This document shows positions 46,513 through 58,204 of a stretch of DNA of 64,000 nt, in pieces. Origin of the DNA: Acanthaster planci (lineage: Eukaryota); assembly GCF_001949145.1 (NCBI RefSeq), contig NW_019091359.1, positions 1,133,976 through 1,197,975 of the forward strand, read 5' to 3'. How positions within the stretch are numbered: the first letter of the stretch is position 1; each line of letters opens with the position of its first letter. A program made the position numbers and the translations under genes. The notes below the pieces were generated by a model, which was not told where the DNA came from, searched no databases, and was given only the letters and a program-made list of their open reading frames with translations.

Positions 46513-48523
46513 CTGGAATCTGAAAGGCAAACAAGAATGTGCGTATCTCTGATGTTACAGATTCTTGGGAGTTGTAATGATGCATGACGGGAACGTGCGG
46601 CCATGGGCCCAAACGGTATGCGAGTAGCGAATGCTCGGCCTCAAAGTGAAATGCGTCACGGCTTATTATTCGAGAGCATAATACGCACGAGAGCGTGGTT
46701 CAACCAGCGTCTCATACGTGCTGAACATTCGAACTTGCGTGACGTCAGGTGCTTTGTTCCCCAATGACCTTGCCTTTTTGAAATACCGAACTGGCTTGTT
46801 AACGACAGCGTGCCATAGGGGCGTTTGGTTTTTAACCCCTTAGTAGGCATGCACCGCCCTGACTTCCGTAGCATGTGCCACAATTTTAATTTCCTCGTCT
46901 GCCCCACAAGACAACACAGGCCGTGACATTTATTTTGTGATTTTATTTTTTTTAGTGAAGCAGAAGCAGTTCAGAACCGGTGCTGACTCAGAGTTGAACC
47001 GCGGTTGTCTGGCTCGTTGTCAGCTTCCCGTAAAAGCTTCCAGACAGGTGGATGTAGAGAAGGTTTAAATAGGGGGATATGTCGTTATGGTGTAGCCCCC
47101 ATAGATTAGATGAGTTGATGCACAAATTGACGATTGCCCTTAAGTGGGTATTTAGAGATCAACCAAAAACACGAATGGGAGGAGAGAGGATAAATCGGGT
47201 ACGATCAGGATTTTCAAGAAGCTGAATCGCAAATCTAGTATTATGCACCCCAATATTATGTATATAAACTTTGATTTAAGAAAATATTTCCTTGCATGTA
47301 CTTTTTCGATCGTGGGGTGCGATTTGCCGGACACGACGGTCAATGGGCATGCCAAAACCGAGAGAAAAATGATAATAAGACTATATTTATAGCATCGTTT
47401 GTGCGTGGTAGATTTTTTTCGGCTTGTATATCACCGTCATTTTGTTCTTGTCACAAATCGAGACTCTTTCAATCTGCTGGGCAATGGTTGGATAAACACC
47501 ACGTGTCAAAAGTCTTCGGTAGCTAAGTTTCGGGCAGCGTGTTCTAATTGCCTCAAGTTGAAAAAAACAAGTCAACACCACTAAGTACTTGGTGGATCCA
47601 CTTCCTCGGTTCGATCATAAATGTTCTCTGTCCAGATCGGCCTCGAAGCATTTTGCGTGTTACAATACCGTAAAGTTTTATAGTATATTTGAAATGCCAA
47701 ATGAAAAAAAGTGAAAAACCAATTTTAAAACCACGAGGATGGCCACAAATTTCTGCCAAATGACAGGCGTGCTAGGATTAATTTTGGACAAAGAGTTTTG
47801 CTCATTAAATCACTGCTACGGTGGCCGCCTTTAAATGTTTGCAGGCAACATGTATACTGCCGTGGTGTACCAAAAGAAAGATCTACTGCGCCATATCTCT
47901 GTATAACTGCATCAGTCTGTGGAAATCTTGCGTTTATTTCTAAACAAGTAAACAGTCCGCTAACTCGTCTCTTCATGCTCCTGACTGATGTTAGAATCTT
48001 GATACTATATTTGGTTTTTATTAAACCTTACAACAGGGTGAGGTTATCCAACAGCCTGGCCTGTAGACATTCCTATGACCTACGAAAACTTGGGTGTGTA
48101 CGAACAAATGTCTTCAAATATACTACTATGAAGACACACACCCAAGTGTGTAAACGCCTTCACTCGTGGACTCCCTATTGTTCCTCTTTTGTTTATACTT
48201 TAACTTTTTCGGAAGACCTCCCATATGTTTTGTACACGTTTTCCAACCGTGGACTCTTCGGCAACCGTGGACCCTATTGTCCCATATTGTTATAGGTCCA
48301 CGATTTGGATGTGTATACAAACTCACACAAACCCAAACCATCATACCCTACATGATGTGGACTTCTTTTGTGCAGAGGTCCACACTAAGCCACACCACGC
48401 CAGAGCAGAAACGTCTTGGGAAGTGTTGGCGTCTCCGGAATTTCGATTTCAATCGTACGCTTCAAATTAAACTCACACAGCTTCGGCATCCACATGAAAT
48501 TTAAAACTACAATTAACACTTAC

Positions 48524-48820
48524 CAGCGCTATGATGAATTTAGTGAACGTGCATAGGACGGACTAAAGACTACAGAACACTGGTGAACACCTGGCCCTGC
48601 CTGGACTGCCACATCTACACAGCGAAACATCCTGCCTGTCCGCAGTTCTCGAACATGAGTGTCGTTTGTGCGGTTGATATGCATCTCGTGCTCCTGCGCC
48701 TTAATTTAAAGTAGCAACGTTCCGAATAATCAAGGAAGTATTGTAAGCATTTGCATTTTGTATGGCTAGAACTCTTGCATTGCCGCTCCCTGTAATTACA
48801 CGGCACCTATATATATATAG
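48524..48820 (-). promoter_or_regulatory. Candidate TATA promoter and non-coding first exon of the six-Kazal gene
   Basis: TATATATATA at about 48808-48819 and a strong - strand donor CTG|GTAAGT at about 48524. The link to the Kazal gene is inferred from position and strand only. Confidence 0.35.
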
Positions 48821-51800
48821 TTCAGAGCATAACACTGGGGATACGGTCTGCGCACGCTGTTCCCACATGTCGCTATACAAAGATGTCGGCACGGTCAGCT
48901 TGCGCGAGCTACTTTCAGGCCCGATGTGTTTGCAGTTCAGGAGGGAACCTAAAACGAACCTGAAAAATGTGTCTCTCCTTACCTCATAAGGTTCTGGATC
49001 GGTAAAAGTATTCGTCTCTTCGGCCTCAAAATCAGAAGTTATTTATGTCTCGAATGGAAGTTGCACTCGGCAGTGGCGCTACTTCTCTGTCTATGGTTGG
49101 GTCTGCTGCGTTTGAGAATGAAGATGAGGCCTCGTTTTTATAACAGGTAAATGACGTCATGTTTATATTTTGCTATCTTTTGCCCCTTCTTGGTGTGCCA
49201 ACTAGTACCTCTCGTCCTATGTACTTGAAAACCCCAAGAATTCTTAGAATTCATCTTAGTCATGCACACTGAAGAATGCAAGGAAACAACGGGTGATTTG
49301 TAACTGACCAATCAGCGTCGACGAAATTATCCCCGGAAATCTTCCCGGATTTCAAAACAAACTCTGAAATGACAATAACTTCATTATAATTGGTTTTCAT
49401 CTTTGAGTAATTTATACATCTTATAGTAATATTAGGAATAGGAATATAGAATATAGTAATACAGGAATAATCCAGACCAATACGTTTTAACATTAATTTT
49501 GGTTGAATCGGTGTTCATGATGTGTATTTCGTTTTAATGAGAAAATAAAGTACTGCAAGCATACGAGAAGTATGTAATGGCAATGTGATTTGAAAACGTG
49601 AATGTGGCATTGTTGAAAGCTTCACTCTAATTTCAAATTGTCAACGATACTAAGGCATGTTGGGCAAAAATCTGGGTTAAAAGCAGTGTGTTTGATTAAT
49701 ATTGACTGAAAATGCCATTACATCAACTCTGTTTGCATTTTGTGTCAAAAACGTGTTTTAATTAAATTAAAACAAATTCTGCAGTTTGTATTGTTCCTAT
49801 GACTTTTTAAAAATCTGTTAATTTAGTTTATGACACGAATTAAATTTAAGTCTGTCTTTACACGTTAGGAATTTCTCTCTTTGTCTGTGTTAGAAACACG
49901 GGCAAAACTAGTATCCAACGGAATATCGACACAATCTCATTTGTCCAGAAGGCCGAAGCTCTTTTGCGTAGAAGCCAGTTATCTTCATCAATTTAACAAT
50001 GTTGTGAGTTGCTAACAAATCGTTGCACTTTTTTGATGAAAGAAAGTGAAATGTGGCTTTTGAATAATGCCAACCTTGGGTAGGCCAAGAGTTGATGACT
50101 AATGGTAGAGATGTCTTAATTCCTACATTTGATCAACATCACTCCTAAAGTGCCTTGGACGGGAGGAAGTGATCCCATCCTCCCTGCATGGAAAATGTAA
50201 TGGCCTCGCTTTCCAATTAGTTAACTCAATTAACTTCGTCGGTTTTATTTGTTTTGATTATGATAATGAAGACGTAAGCGCAGTATCATCGTGACTGTAC
50301 GACAAAACGCCGAAACCAATTTGGTGCAATTTGATGTTAGAAAAGCTTGAAGTCCAAACGTTGAGGGCGCCCTGCAAGTCAATCACGGGGCTCTAAAATT
50401 ACGCAAAGTAGGCGCGTTGATGTTCTGTTAGTGAGGTGATTCCCCATCCATCGATCACACAAATGGTTCACTTTATTTATTAGTATCGTAATTTTTCCTG
50501 AATACTGTTTTTGGATGCTACGTCACTGGTTGTAGCATGTATGGAGAGAAGACGTTTGTGGAAGAGCTGAGCGCCGGTAAGCAAATTTTCTAAGTCACTC
50601 TTAACCATTCAGCCAACTGGCAAAGGGCTGCAGCTGAACATCCCTGGATATCGTTGTCATGACATTATTGACCAAAAGCTATACATGGCCATTTTTTCTT
50701 TCACTTCTATCAAAAGCATATTTATATAACACAAATCAAAACGTCAGGCCCTCAAACTTTTTTGATTTTGAAAAGCATATTTAAAAATGAAATGCAGCTC
50801 TCAGTGAGAAAAACTCAAGGAAATTTTCCGTTTTTTAGTAAACGATAAAATTGTTAAAATGCATGCCTTGCAGAAAAGCACGGAAAACCCTTCAACTGCG
50901 TCCTTGTCTTCTATTCATGTTATTTAAAATGGAAACCAAGGTACAATGTTTTCAAGATGTATTTTTGCGTTGGGGAGATGTTAATTATCTTATCTTAAGG
51001 TACAATATGTATCCTGGGATTTTTTTCTAACCTTTATTGGAGTCATCGGCGAATCAAACCCTAAAACTGTGTGCCTTGACCCAGCCTATCCTGGAGACGA
51101 CAGAAAGTGCTCACGAATTAACTGAATGTGTTAATAAAATCTGTGATTGGCCATTGACGTGGAAAGAAAACCACAAAATGCACGACGTGTATTTTCTTTA
51201 TTTTCGAATACCTATTCGCAACACCTTAACTCAGATAATCCGCATGAGTTACCGTACAATCGTACCATAAAAACTGTTGTTTTATCCAAATTTGACTGGA
51301 ATCAGTCAAAAACCGTGGCAGCATCATTAATTTGTTATACAAAATGGTCAACTCTGCCATGGCAAAAGTAGTAGAAGTAATCTTATCTGGACGGTCCATT
51401 TTGCTGACACCACATAGTTTTACCTGTAACAGGTTTGAACACAATCATTGAATGGTCACCAAAGTTATGTCCAAAGAACTCTTTAAACTTAAATATCGGC
51501 AAATAAACTGTAAAGCGCCTTATCTTATCGCAAATCGTTTCTCCTGTAAGTTATAGTGTACATAGTGTCACGTAGCACTTTCTGGAAAATCGAGAAAAAA
51601 GTATTGAAATTTAGATGAGGATGAGTGAAAAAAAATCACCATGGACAACATGTTGGCAAATGTCTCACATTTCTTCCCTTTCACTTCCTTATTTGGAGAA
51701 AACGGAAACGCGTCTCGCCAGTCAGGAGCGCATTGCGCCCTTTTATACTTGGAAAAACATCACGTTGCACGAAGATGAACTGAGGGCCCGGAAAGAAAGC

Positions 51801-53255
51801 TGTGTACCGCAAAGAAGTTGCGTTGCTGGTAACAGCTTCCAGGTGCCTGCGGCGATGTCAAAGGGGAACGCCATGATTCGAGTTGGCATTTGCCAACCAC
51901 CCATGTTCCTGCTTGGGTGGGAGTCAAAGTCAGCCTCTTCACGGATGAAATGAACCTTGGCTGCCTGCTCACCAAAATTATTAGGATTCTGAAATCGATT
52001 TCGGTTACAAAGGAACGGTTTCTTCAAATCTGCTCAGGTGGTGAGCCACTGCGTGGACATGCATTTAGAGACCTTTTCACATGAAAAAAAATAGATCCAG
52101 TGTGCAAACGAAAGAAAATGCATCTTTTGTTTATTATGTTTTCAATATGAAACACTTTTTCGTCATTGGCTGCAATCAAATGTTTAAAAGAAACCAATAC
52201 AGTTTGTTCTTACGAAGGAATTCCCGATTCTTCGAGAAACTGGTTTGGGAGAAAAGTCCATTTAAAGATACACATTTACACCCCAGAGAGTTACTTTTGG
52301 GTTTATATGTTCAGAATTGTTTAAGATTTTATTGAATAAAAAGAAAACTACCCCCAAGAGAGACTTTGGCACTTATTATTTTTCATTTCAATCAGTAAAA
52401 TCATTTATTTGACGCATAAACGTACTACTAAAAGTATCCCTAGAAGTTGAAAATGTGAATGTCCGAAATACAGAGGTACAGGACAATATGCTTTAGTTAA
52501 TGATATCAAACACCAATCAGACTTTCAACTGAAATTATTATCATCGAGTTTTGCAGTTACTTGAAGCTATTTGGAACGGGTCACAATCGAGGATTGTAGA
52601 GAAAAATTGTCGTACAGGACCACGACATGCAATCAAACTCGATGAAATAGCAGGTAGATCATCTCTTAATTATTTCAGTTCTCTTAATTATTTCAATAAA
52701 ATCATAACTATTTCCAATTTTCTCCCAGCATTGGTGTTCCACATCATAATGCTGTTCCTGAGCATCAGTTGGCCACTTTGCAGAAAGTTGGAAACGCCTA
52801 TTATTTTATCCTTTTTTCAAAGCAGTAACAGAAGTAAATACAATGTTGTACATGTACAAGTTGCTCTGACAAGTAGAAAGTTGCATTAAGTGACCCAAGA
52901 GAGTGCATAACATGCAAAGCAAGTAAAAAAAGCTGCAAAGAATATTAACAAATTTACAAATTTAGTTCCCGACTGTAGTCAATTATTCAGGGCTATTTAC
53001 TTTAAGACGAAGTGCACATACGAAACAATTTCCTATTGGTCATCGGTGTATTTATGCTACTGTATTTGTTTCTAAAATATAAAAACCCTTGAGTGCCTGT
53101 ATTTGGAAAGTGACAACTTTTCAGCCTAAAAGTAAAGTATATCTAACGTACTACAACCTGTCTGAGCTTGGAAGGGTCCCACGAATGCACCTGCTGAACT
53201 GGATGCAGCTCTGTTCGTTTAGATCTGCTCGAGTGAATTGGTTGATGGTTTCAAT

Positions 53256-54239
53256 TCACCGAAGGTCGCGATTTGTCTCGAGGTTTATGGCATCATCAGT
53301 GTCTGCAGGTTGGTACTCAATCTTGTGCCCTGGCGATTCATGACTGTCCTTCTTCCGTGTAATGACAGTAGCGACAATAGCAGCTACAAGTATAACGACA
53401 ATGGCAGCAAGGACGATAAAGATGACGATGTTGGTGTTACCCGGCGTGTCATCGGCTGATTTGGGCGCCACGTATAGCGGTAGCAGGCTGCAGGATCTTT
53501 CTGTCTCGTTGTAAGCCTCGCTCGTTAGCGTACAAGTCAACACCGTGCCGTTGTCATTTTTGGTCGGGGTAATTCTAAGCCTCGACACCCGGAGGCCGCC
53601 GTCGTCAGAGACTTGCACCAGGTCCTTCTCCACCTCGGTGCCGTCTGTGGTCCAGTCAAGGTTCACGGGCGGACTGGCGATTTCTGAGGTGCAGGAGAAG
53701 TTCGTTGCTTGCCCCTCGACCACTCGCACGAAGCTGTCGTTCGGTGCCGCTGCGGGCTGCGAGTGGGTACAGATCGGGTAAGGATCGTCAGGTGGGTAAT
53801 TGACAGCCAGACTCACCTCGTCAGATGTGGCGAATATATGATTGGCATCGCAGGCAACTTCAACGACATCCTTGCGGCACACGACGCACCTAAATCGACT
53901 GGTGTCGTTTCGAGAAGGGGAGGTGATGGACAGGCTGTAAGCCCTGGCCTGTAAGTCCGCGTTGATGTTGAGAGTGATCTTATACTTGGTTGGATCCAGA
54001 CCCAAACCCACCAAGACGGGCCGACGGATGGTGAGCTCGTCGCTGATGATGTGGTGCTCTCTCTCAAACGACAAGACCTGGGAGGACTGTTCAAGACCGA
54101 TGACTTGGCAGATAAAAGTAGCCATTGTCGCTCCCTCCTCCACGGTGATATTTGCAGGTTGCTGAACAAAACGCACTACAGCAGACACCGGCGACAGCAG
54201 CACAAAAATAGAGCAGAACACATTACACGAGCGCGCCAT
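53256..54239 (-). CDS. Ig-superfamily type I membrane protein, 2 Ig domains, short tail, 327 aa, uninterrupted ORF
   Basis: Signal peptide MARSCNVFCSIFVLLSPVSA; Ig1 (ATFIC...NDTSRFRCVVC...C); Ig2 (TNFSC..PPVNLDW...DNGTVLTC..RSC); TM IVIFIVLAAIVVILVAAIVATVI; tail of about 33 aa. Clearly paralogous to 36219-38570 and 56027-58204 (shared QP.....EG, QV....R, LGL.....(Y/F), AR(A)Y(S/T)L). Confidence 0.93.
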   Translation of the reverse strand: MARSCNVFCSIFVLLSPVSAVVRFVQQPANITVEEGATMATFICQVIGLEQSSQVLSFEREHHIISDELTIRRPVLVGLGLDPTKYKITLNINADLQARAYSLSITSPSRNDTSRFRCVVCRKDVVEVACDANHIFATSDEVSLAVNYPPDDPYPICTHSQPAAAPNDSFVRVVEGQATNFSCTSEIASPPVNLDWTTDGTEVEKDLVQVSDDGGLRVSRLRITPTKNDNGTVLTCTLTSEAYNETERSCSLLPLYVAPKSADDTPGNTNIVIFIVLAAIVVILVAAIVATVITRKKDSHESPGHKIEYQPADTDDAINLETNRDLR

Positions 54240-56026
54240 TTTGATTCCCCTCTGTTATGTCCAAAGTCCAAGTCAGTTTTTTATGTTGTTTACTGAAGCA
54301 CAGAGTTATGGAGAGAAGGAACCGCGACCCGTCACACAACCCATACAGACCCTACTCTATCGTGAGCGTTTGCTATCAGTTTGTTGGAGGTTGACAAGCT
54401 TATTTGCGATATCAACAAATGAAATACTTGAACTGTGGACGCAACTCAGTGTGTTATCTGTCATCAGCGAGCGTAGCCAGGCCGTGCTCGTTTCGAGTCC
54501 CCTCGCGAGGTGAACCGTGCCACACTGGCGACTTTCTTGGTTACCATGGCAACGCCGAGAGGCCAAAAATTCGCCCCCCCCCGAAGCAGGCAGCAGGGAG
54601 GATGATGTCACAAGTTCAGTTGGTATGTCTCTAGGGCCCTACACGGGGGTGCAATCTCAAGCCGAGTTTAACGGAGTCTTACTGCCTTCTAACGACATTG
54701 GCGACCTTTCGCGCGACAAAAAGGAATTCCTATGCACCCTGGTGAGTCGACTAGCGGGTATACCTCGCCTCTTGCATCTTTAAACGTAATGAAAAATAAA
54801 TAGAATTACGAGTGGTTATTTTGATACTCCATTGGATTTATACTATTCTTCCTCAAGTAATCCGTTTTCTGTCATTTATTGAAACGCCGTAAAATTTGGA
54901 TTCTGTTTATTTAACTCGTATGAAAAATAGGGATTTATATATTGTCTCTTCAAAACGGTAAATCTTCAACACGAAACACACAAATGGCTTACAATTTCTT
55001 CAAAAGTTGTATGTTTATTAGCCTATAAATTTGTAATCGGAGAACTGTTTTACATTTCCTATGTGGAAAAATAATATGCGTGGAAAAATGCACATTTTCA
55101 AAAGTTTCAAATTATCTATGTTTTCCTGGACAACTGAGGGCGCTGTTGCTGTGGTCCATCCAGGGAAGGTTTACAGTTCAGTAAACGTATTTTTCTGTTA
55201 AATTTGCGAATCTAAAATTCATTCACTGAAAACGTTTCTGAGAAAGAAATATATGCTTGCTTATTGCTACGCACATCAGCGCTCAGCAAAGAAGAGAAAA
55301 TTTAGTCGAGCAAAATCCACTTAACTGCAGGACTTTTTGTAAACAAACGTTCCTTGCATCCCAGGAAGACAGCCTCAACATAGGTAACGTTAAGGCTGTC
55401 TTCCTGGGATGGCTTCACAGTTTTGCTGATAAATATAAAATCTTAGTAGCATATAAACCAAAAGGGCAGTCAAATATCCCTTGAAATAATGGTACAAAAG
55501 TTGAAAAAACAAATTGACTGCAGCCACCACACATTAAACCACGTCTTTTCTTCTTCATGCAGGATCGTAGTGTAAACGTATGATTTGGCTCAAATGCAAT
55601 GACGGCCATATAAATGACGTCATAATGAGGTAGGGTTCTGCGCCAGCTACAATCTGTTGGTAATCATTAATTTGACGATTTAATAAAGGAGAGCCAGAGA
55701 TTCTTTATTTGAGTGATGCTGAAAACATGAGCAAATCCATCTTGTTAATAAGTCTTGATATCATCCTCGATCGATAATTTCAAATACTGCCTTTTCTCGA
55801 TTTCTACAGTTTCTCACTTTAATTTGCTTATAGCGCTCCACACTGATTAACACGCGGTAGTATCATAGGTCATGTTTGAACAGGAGGCGACTGGATTTTA
55901 GAAAATGGCGTCGATGCTGTTTGTGTGCACAGTCTCGGCCTGTCCTCGAGTCGAGTCTGGCATGCTGTAGGTTTATAACGTCAGCTGAATCCAGCCGCCA
56001 TAACAGTACACGTAACGGAACAGAAA
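54240..56026. promoter_or_regulatory. Divergent (head-to-head) intergenic region between two Ig receptor paralogues; candidate bidirectional promoter
   Basis: Start codons at 54239 (-) and 56027 (+) face away from each other about 1.8 kb apart, both in AAAATGGC context. Confidence 0.5.
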
Positions 56027-58204
56027 ATGGCAGGAGCTTTAGCGATGGCTGGACTTTACATGGCGTTTGTCACATGGACTGCACAGGGACTGAACATCAC
56101 ACGTCAGCCAGCTAATGTGGAGGGTACTCAAGGACTGACACACCGTCTTAGTATGGAAGTTGGGGTGAGCGGCTTGAACACGACCACACAGGTAGTGGCC
56201 ATCCGTAGGGAATCGGAAGTTATTACAGATAGGACGGTCAAGCGGAACGAGGTCTTCCTGAGGCTGGGTTTGGACGCCGCCAAGTACTCTGTGTCAGAGA
56301 ACATAAACGAAGACACGGGGGCCAGAGCATACACGCTGAATCTGGCCCAGCCAACCTGGGTGGATGCAGCGGAGTTCACCTTCTTGGTCTGCTGGAGAGC
56401 CTTGGGCAGATGCAACGAGAGCAGAGTCGAGCTGGAGTCGGACCCCGCGAGTTTCTTCGTCAACTATGTGCCCGGGGAGGCATATCCAAACTGCACCTCG
56501 GACGGGCTGGAGGTCGGCTCCCCAGGCGGGGACTGTAAGGTGCTTCTAGGGAGGCCCACCGTCCTGTCGTGTCAGTCGGAGATTGGACGTCCCCCGGTCG
56601 AGCTGACCTGGGAGAAAGACGGTGTGAGGGTAAGCTCAGTGTCTGCTAACGAAGGGGCATTCAGGTACGAGCGTCACACGTTCACTCCGTCCTTCGGAGA
56701 CGAGGGGGCGGTGTTTGCCTGCAATATGACCGATCTAAACCGAAGTTGTACTTTGGACATAAATGTCGTGTCCGCACCGGCGGTGACCATCACATACGAG
56801 AACACGAACGGCTACATCATCATAGGAGGACGAGTCGTGTTCACTTGTTCAGCCACGACGGACACCTCGACTGTCGACGGCATTGCATGGACTGTTCCGC
56901 GGGAGCTACTCAACGCTACCGACCGGTATGCCATCAGTGGTGATGAGTTTACCTTGATACGAGCGGAGTTGTCGGATGGTGGTCTCAGCCTTAAGTGCAG
57001 CGCGAATGACACTGACGGCATGGTAGGGTCTGCGTACGTGACCCTGAATGTAATAGACGCGGCTGACCTTCCAACATATTCTCCTACCGTACCCACCACT
57101 GCACCCATTGTCAGGGCCACGACAGCCAAGCCGACAACCAGTCCGCCCCAAGATTACACAGCCATCATCATCGGCTCACTGTTCGGCGGATTGCTCCTTG
57201 CTGTTCTGGTCGGTCTTGTCATTGCGTTTTACTGCGGGCGGAGGCCGAGAAAGAAGCCAGTAGACCACCCCAGTCACGTGCAAAAGACAGCCATTCGAGA
57301 GCAGCCATCCCCAAAAGGGAAGCAGAGGAACATCACGGCTAATCAACAAACATCCACCGTGAAGGAGGTACAGTTTGCCGATATCGACGACTGCGATCCA
57401 GTGAGTTGTGATGACCCGGACGTGATCCCCAGGGGGAGCCGGAGCCGATTGCATTCTCCCGTGCGTGGGGATTCACTGGAAAGGCAACAATCGACTCCAT
57501 CACTCAAGAGGTTTGGGGATGATATCCCTCTTCAAGATCGAAAACTTTCTCCGACGAGCGACAAGTATCGATATGATGCCGACTACGATCACACCACGGG
57601 TGGCTTCGAAGACGGGCATTACATCTATTCTCGAGACCCAGAAAACGGCTCCCGTTACGATGCCGACACCAGTGAGAATCGATCAGATCACTATCGTTAC
57701 CAAGATGACAGCGATAGGCCGTACGATGCAGAACAGTACGACTACGACAATCGAGGTTATGACGAAAACTATGATGGTGAGTATGGCAGGGAGAATCGTC
57801 GAGATGGGACACATGACAATCGGTATAAGGATTACGACGACCAGGGGTGGTCATCAGATGAGGACGTTCACTCATATAACGATCCATACGACCAGGGACG
57901 GTACTCACCCAATGAGATCTACAACAGCGAGTTTACGAGAGGTAAAGATAGGCGATACGGTGACCGGTTTAGAGACTACGGAAGTGGAGACTCTGACCAG
58001 GACAGAGTTAGTGACACATATCACCACTCCCATGACGATGCTGGGTCATATGATGCACGCTTTCCAAACGAGGTCAGTTTGGAGACAAATCACCAAGAAG
58101 GTTACGAACAACACAGCCCACTGGACGTCGATCACTGTGACACCGGGACGTACAACTTGCATGTGCCAGATACCGGGTGTAACGTCAAGTTTAGTTATGT
58201 TTGA
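56027..58204 (+). CDS. Ig-superfamily type I membrane protein (3 Ig domains) with long Tyr/Asp-rich tail, 725 aa, uninterrupted ORF
   Basis: Signal peptide MAGALAMAGLYMAFVTWTAQG; Ig1 lacking the canonical Cys pair; Ig2 (TVLSC..PPVELTW...DEGAVFAC); Ig3 (VVFTC...IAW...DGGLSLKC); T/P stalk; TM AIIIGSLFGGLLLAVLVGLVIAFY; tail with DPDVIPR, PLQDR, YDYDNRGY; C-terminus FSYV. Confidence 0.94.
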   Translation: MAGALAMAGLYMAFVTWTAQGLNITRQPANVEGTQGLTHRLSMEVGVSGLNTTTQVVAIRRESEVITDRTVKRNEVFLRLGLDAAKYSVSENINEDTGARAYTLNLAQPTWVDAAEFTFLVCWRALGRCNESRVELESDPASFFVNYVPGEAYPNCTSDGLEVGSPGGDCKVLLGRPTVLSCQSEIGRPPVELTWEKDGVRVSSVSANEGAFRYERHTFTPSFGDEGAVFACNMTDLNRSCTLDINVVSAPAVTITYENTNGYIIIGGRVVFTCSATTDTSTVDGIAWTVPRELLNATDRYAISGDEFTLIRAELSDGGLSLKCSANDTDGMVGSAYVTLNVIDAADLPTYSPTVPTTAPIVRATTAKPTTSPPQDYTAIIIGSLFGGLLLAVLVGLVIAFYCGRRPRKKPVDHPSHVQKTAIREQPSPKGKQRNITANQQTSTVKEVQFADIDDCDPVSCDDPDVIPRGSRSRLHSPVRGDSLERQQSTPSLKRFGDDIPLQDRKLSPTSDKYRYDADYDHTTGGFEDGHYIYSRDPENGSRYDADTSENRSDHYRYQDDSDRPYDAEQYDYDNRGYDENYDGEYGRENRRDGTHDNRYKDYDDQGWSSDEDVHSYNDPYDQGRYSPNEIYNSEFTRGKDRRYGDRFRDYGSGDSDQDRVSDTYHHSHDDAGSYDARFPNEVSLETNHQEGYEQHSPLDVDHCDTGTYNLHVPDTGCNVKFSYV

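Noticed and set aside
51615..52084. GC-richer patch with several 60-112 aa ORFs
   Set aside because: No recognisable domain in any frame and no convincing exon boundaries.
36219..58204. Rearranging V/J gene segments or RSS next to Artemis
   Set aside because: The Ig ORFs are complete from signal peptide to stop. I saw no isolated V or J segments and no heptamer-12/23-nonamer arrangement flanking them (by eye; no RSS scan run).
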